The position numbers and the translations under genes are program-made. DNA of 63,752 bases, the filler included, from Octopus bimaculoides (lineage: Eukaryota), in assembly GCF_001194135.2 (NCBI RefSeq). It is 5 parts of 5 records of this genome, joined end to end, with 100 filler letters (N's around TTAATTAATTAA, not from the genome) between each part and the next. Parts side by side here need not be neighbours in the genome. Positions count along the whole stretch, not along the records: positions 58,479 to 63,752 come from NW_026428148.1; 4 more parts are not named here. One strand, 5' to 3'. Below the pieces are notes generated by a model. The model worked only from the letters and a program-made list of their open reading frames with translations, was not told where the DNA came from and made no database searches. The number at the start of each line of letters is the position of its first letter. The stretch's first letter is position 1. Positions 62,720-63,752 of the stretch are shown in pieces.

Positions 62720-62990
62720 CCATCATCATCATCATCATCATCATCGTCGTTTAACGTCCGCTTTCCATGCTAGCATGGGTTGGACGATTTGACTGAGGGC
62801 TGGTGAAACCGGATAGCAACACCAGGTTCCAATCTAATTTGGCAGAGTTTCTACAGCTGGATGCCCTTCCTAACGCCAACCACTCAGAGAGTGTAGTGGG
62901 TGCTTTTACGTGTCATCCGCACGAGGGCCAGTCAGACGGTACTGGCAACGGCCACGCTCAAAATGGTGTCTTTTATGTGCCACTCCCGAG
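62720..62990 (-). mobile_element. RTE LINE tail
   Basis: (CAT)n then GTTTAACGTCCGCTTTCCATGCTAGCATGGG...TTTCTACAGCTGGATGCCCTTCC. Confidence 0.88.
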
Positions 62991-63752
62991 CAACACCGGG
63001 TGCCTCTGCTAGTAATATATATATGTGTGTGTGTGTGTTTATAAGTATGTATGTGTGTGTGTGTTTATAAGTATGTATGTGTGTGTGCATATGCACATGT
63101 TTGTGTGCGTGAGTATGTGTGATCCTGTTCTTACACCGTGTGATTTGCAAAAGATTTGATCTGTGACCACACTGCTAAACATGACACACTGACATTGAAT
63201 CTCAACTCAAAATGCATTCAACTTTCTTTGCTATTATTTACCAGTGGACTATGATGCTTCAAACTAAATACATTTGGGTGGAAATATATTACTATAAAGA
63301 GTGTCTATAACACCATATATATATATATCTATGCATGTAGCGTGTATGTATCTGTGTATGAATATATACATTTATATTGTGTGTGTATGTATGTATGTAT
63401 ATATGTATAGTTGAAATGAAAGAACGTGGCACACAACACATTTAGTAAGAGTTAAATATATTATTATTTAAAATGGTTTGATTTGGCCCTGTGAGACTCA
63501 AAATTTGATAGGTACTTATGGGCTAGGGTTCAATAAGGAGCTTATGAAACTCTTAAGTTGCATGGGGCCGAATGAAACTGTTTTAAATAATAATAATAAT
63601 AGTAGTGCATGCATATACATACATAATTTCTTTATTTGTGAGTTGGGGCTTCCATTGGTTTCATGTTGGGAAAACTAGGAAGGTGTCCTAGTGTCTTAAC
63701 AGTTTTTCTTCAAGCCGATCACATGGAGAATGGTGTTTGCCTCCATTTTGGA

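Overview
AT-rich, microsatellite-saturated eukaryotic draft-genome window, about 13% N by my rough count, in about 27 gaps. The repeat make-up (tRNA-headed SINEs, RTE tails ending in (GAT)n, very dense (TA)n/(CA)n) suggests an octopus or other coleoid cephalopod; this is inference, no search was run. Almost all ORF-track entries are microsatellite or N-gap artefacts. The supportable content is: (1) five phase-compatible + strand exons (36079-46515) giving the last 209 aa of an unidentified gene; (2) a Myb/SANT-like (trihelix) ORF start at 10946, next to decayed AT-rich ORFs; (3) dozens of SINE copies from at least four families; (4) APE-type and RTE LINE fragments, Tc1/maT fragments, hAT and mariner MITEs and a Helentron-like end; (5) a Penelope-like element (PLE) with an inverted 5' duplication at 58479-61600. 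The main discovery candidate is a set of hammerhead-ribozyme (HHR) motifs in several unrelated short non-coding elements: a TSD-flanked 356-nt retrozyme-like unit (2803-3435), a 551-nt unit (41661-42224), a tRNA-headed SINE with an HHR half-core in its tail (47435-47735) and core-variant families. Two of these show the same inverted 5' architecture as the PLE, which suggests a PLE-driven set of ribozyme-bearing non-autonomous retroelements. No rRNA, bona fide tRNA or CRISPR array is supported. Repeat boundaries are approximate (+/- about 10 nt) unless stated exactly.
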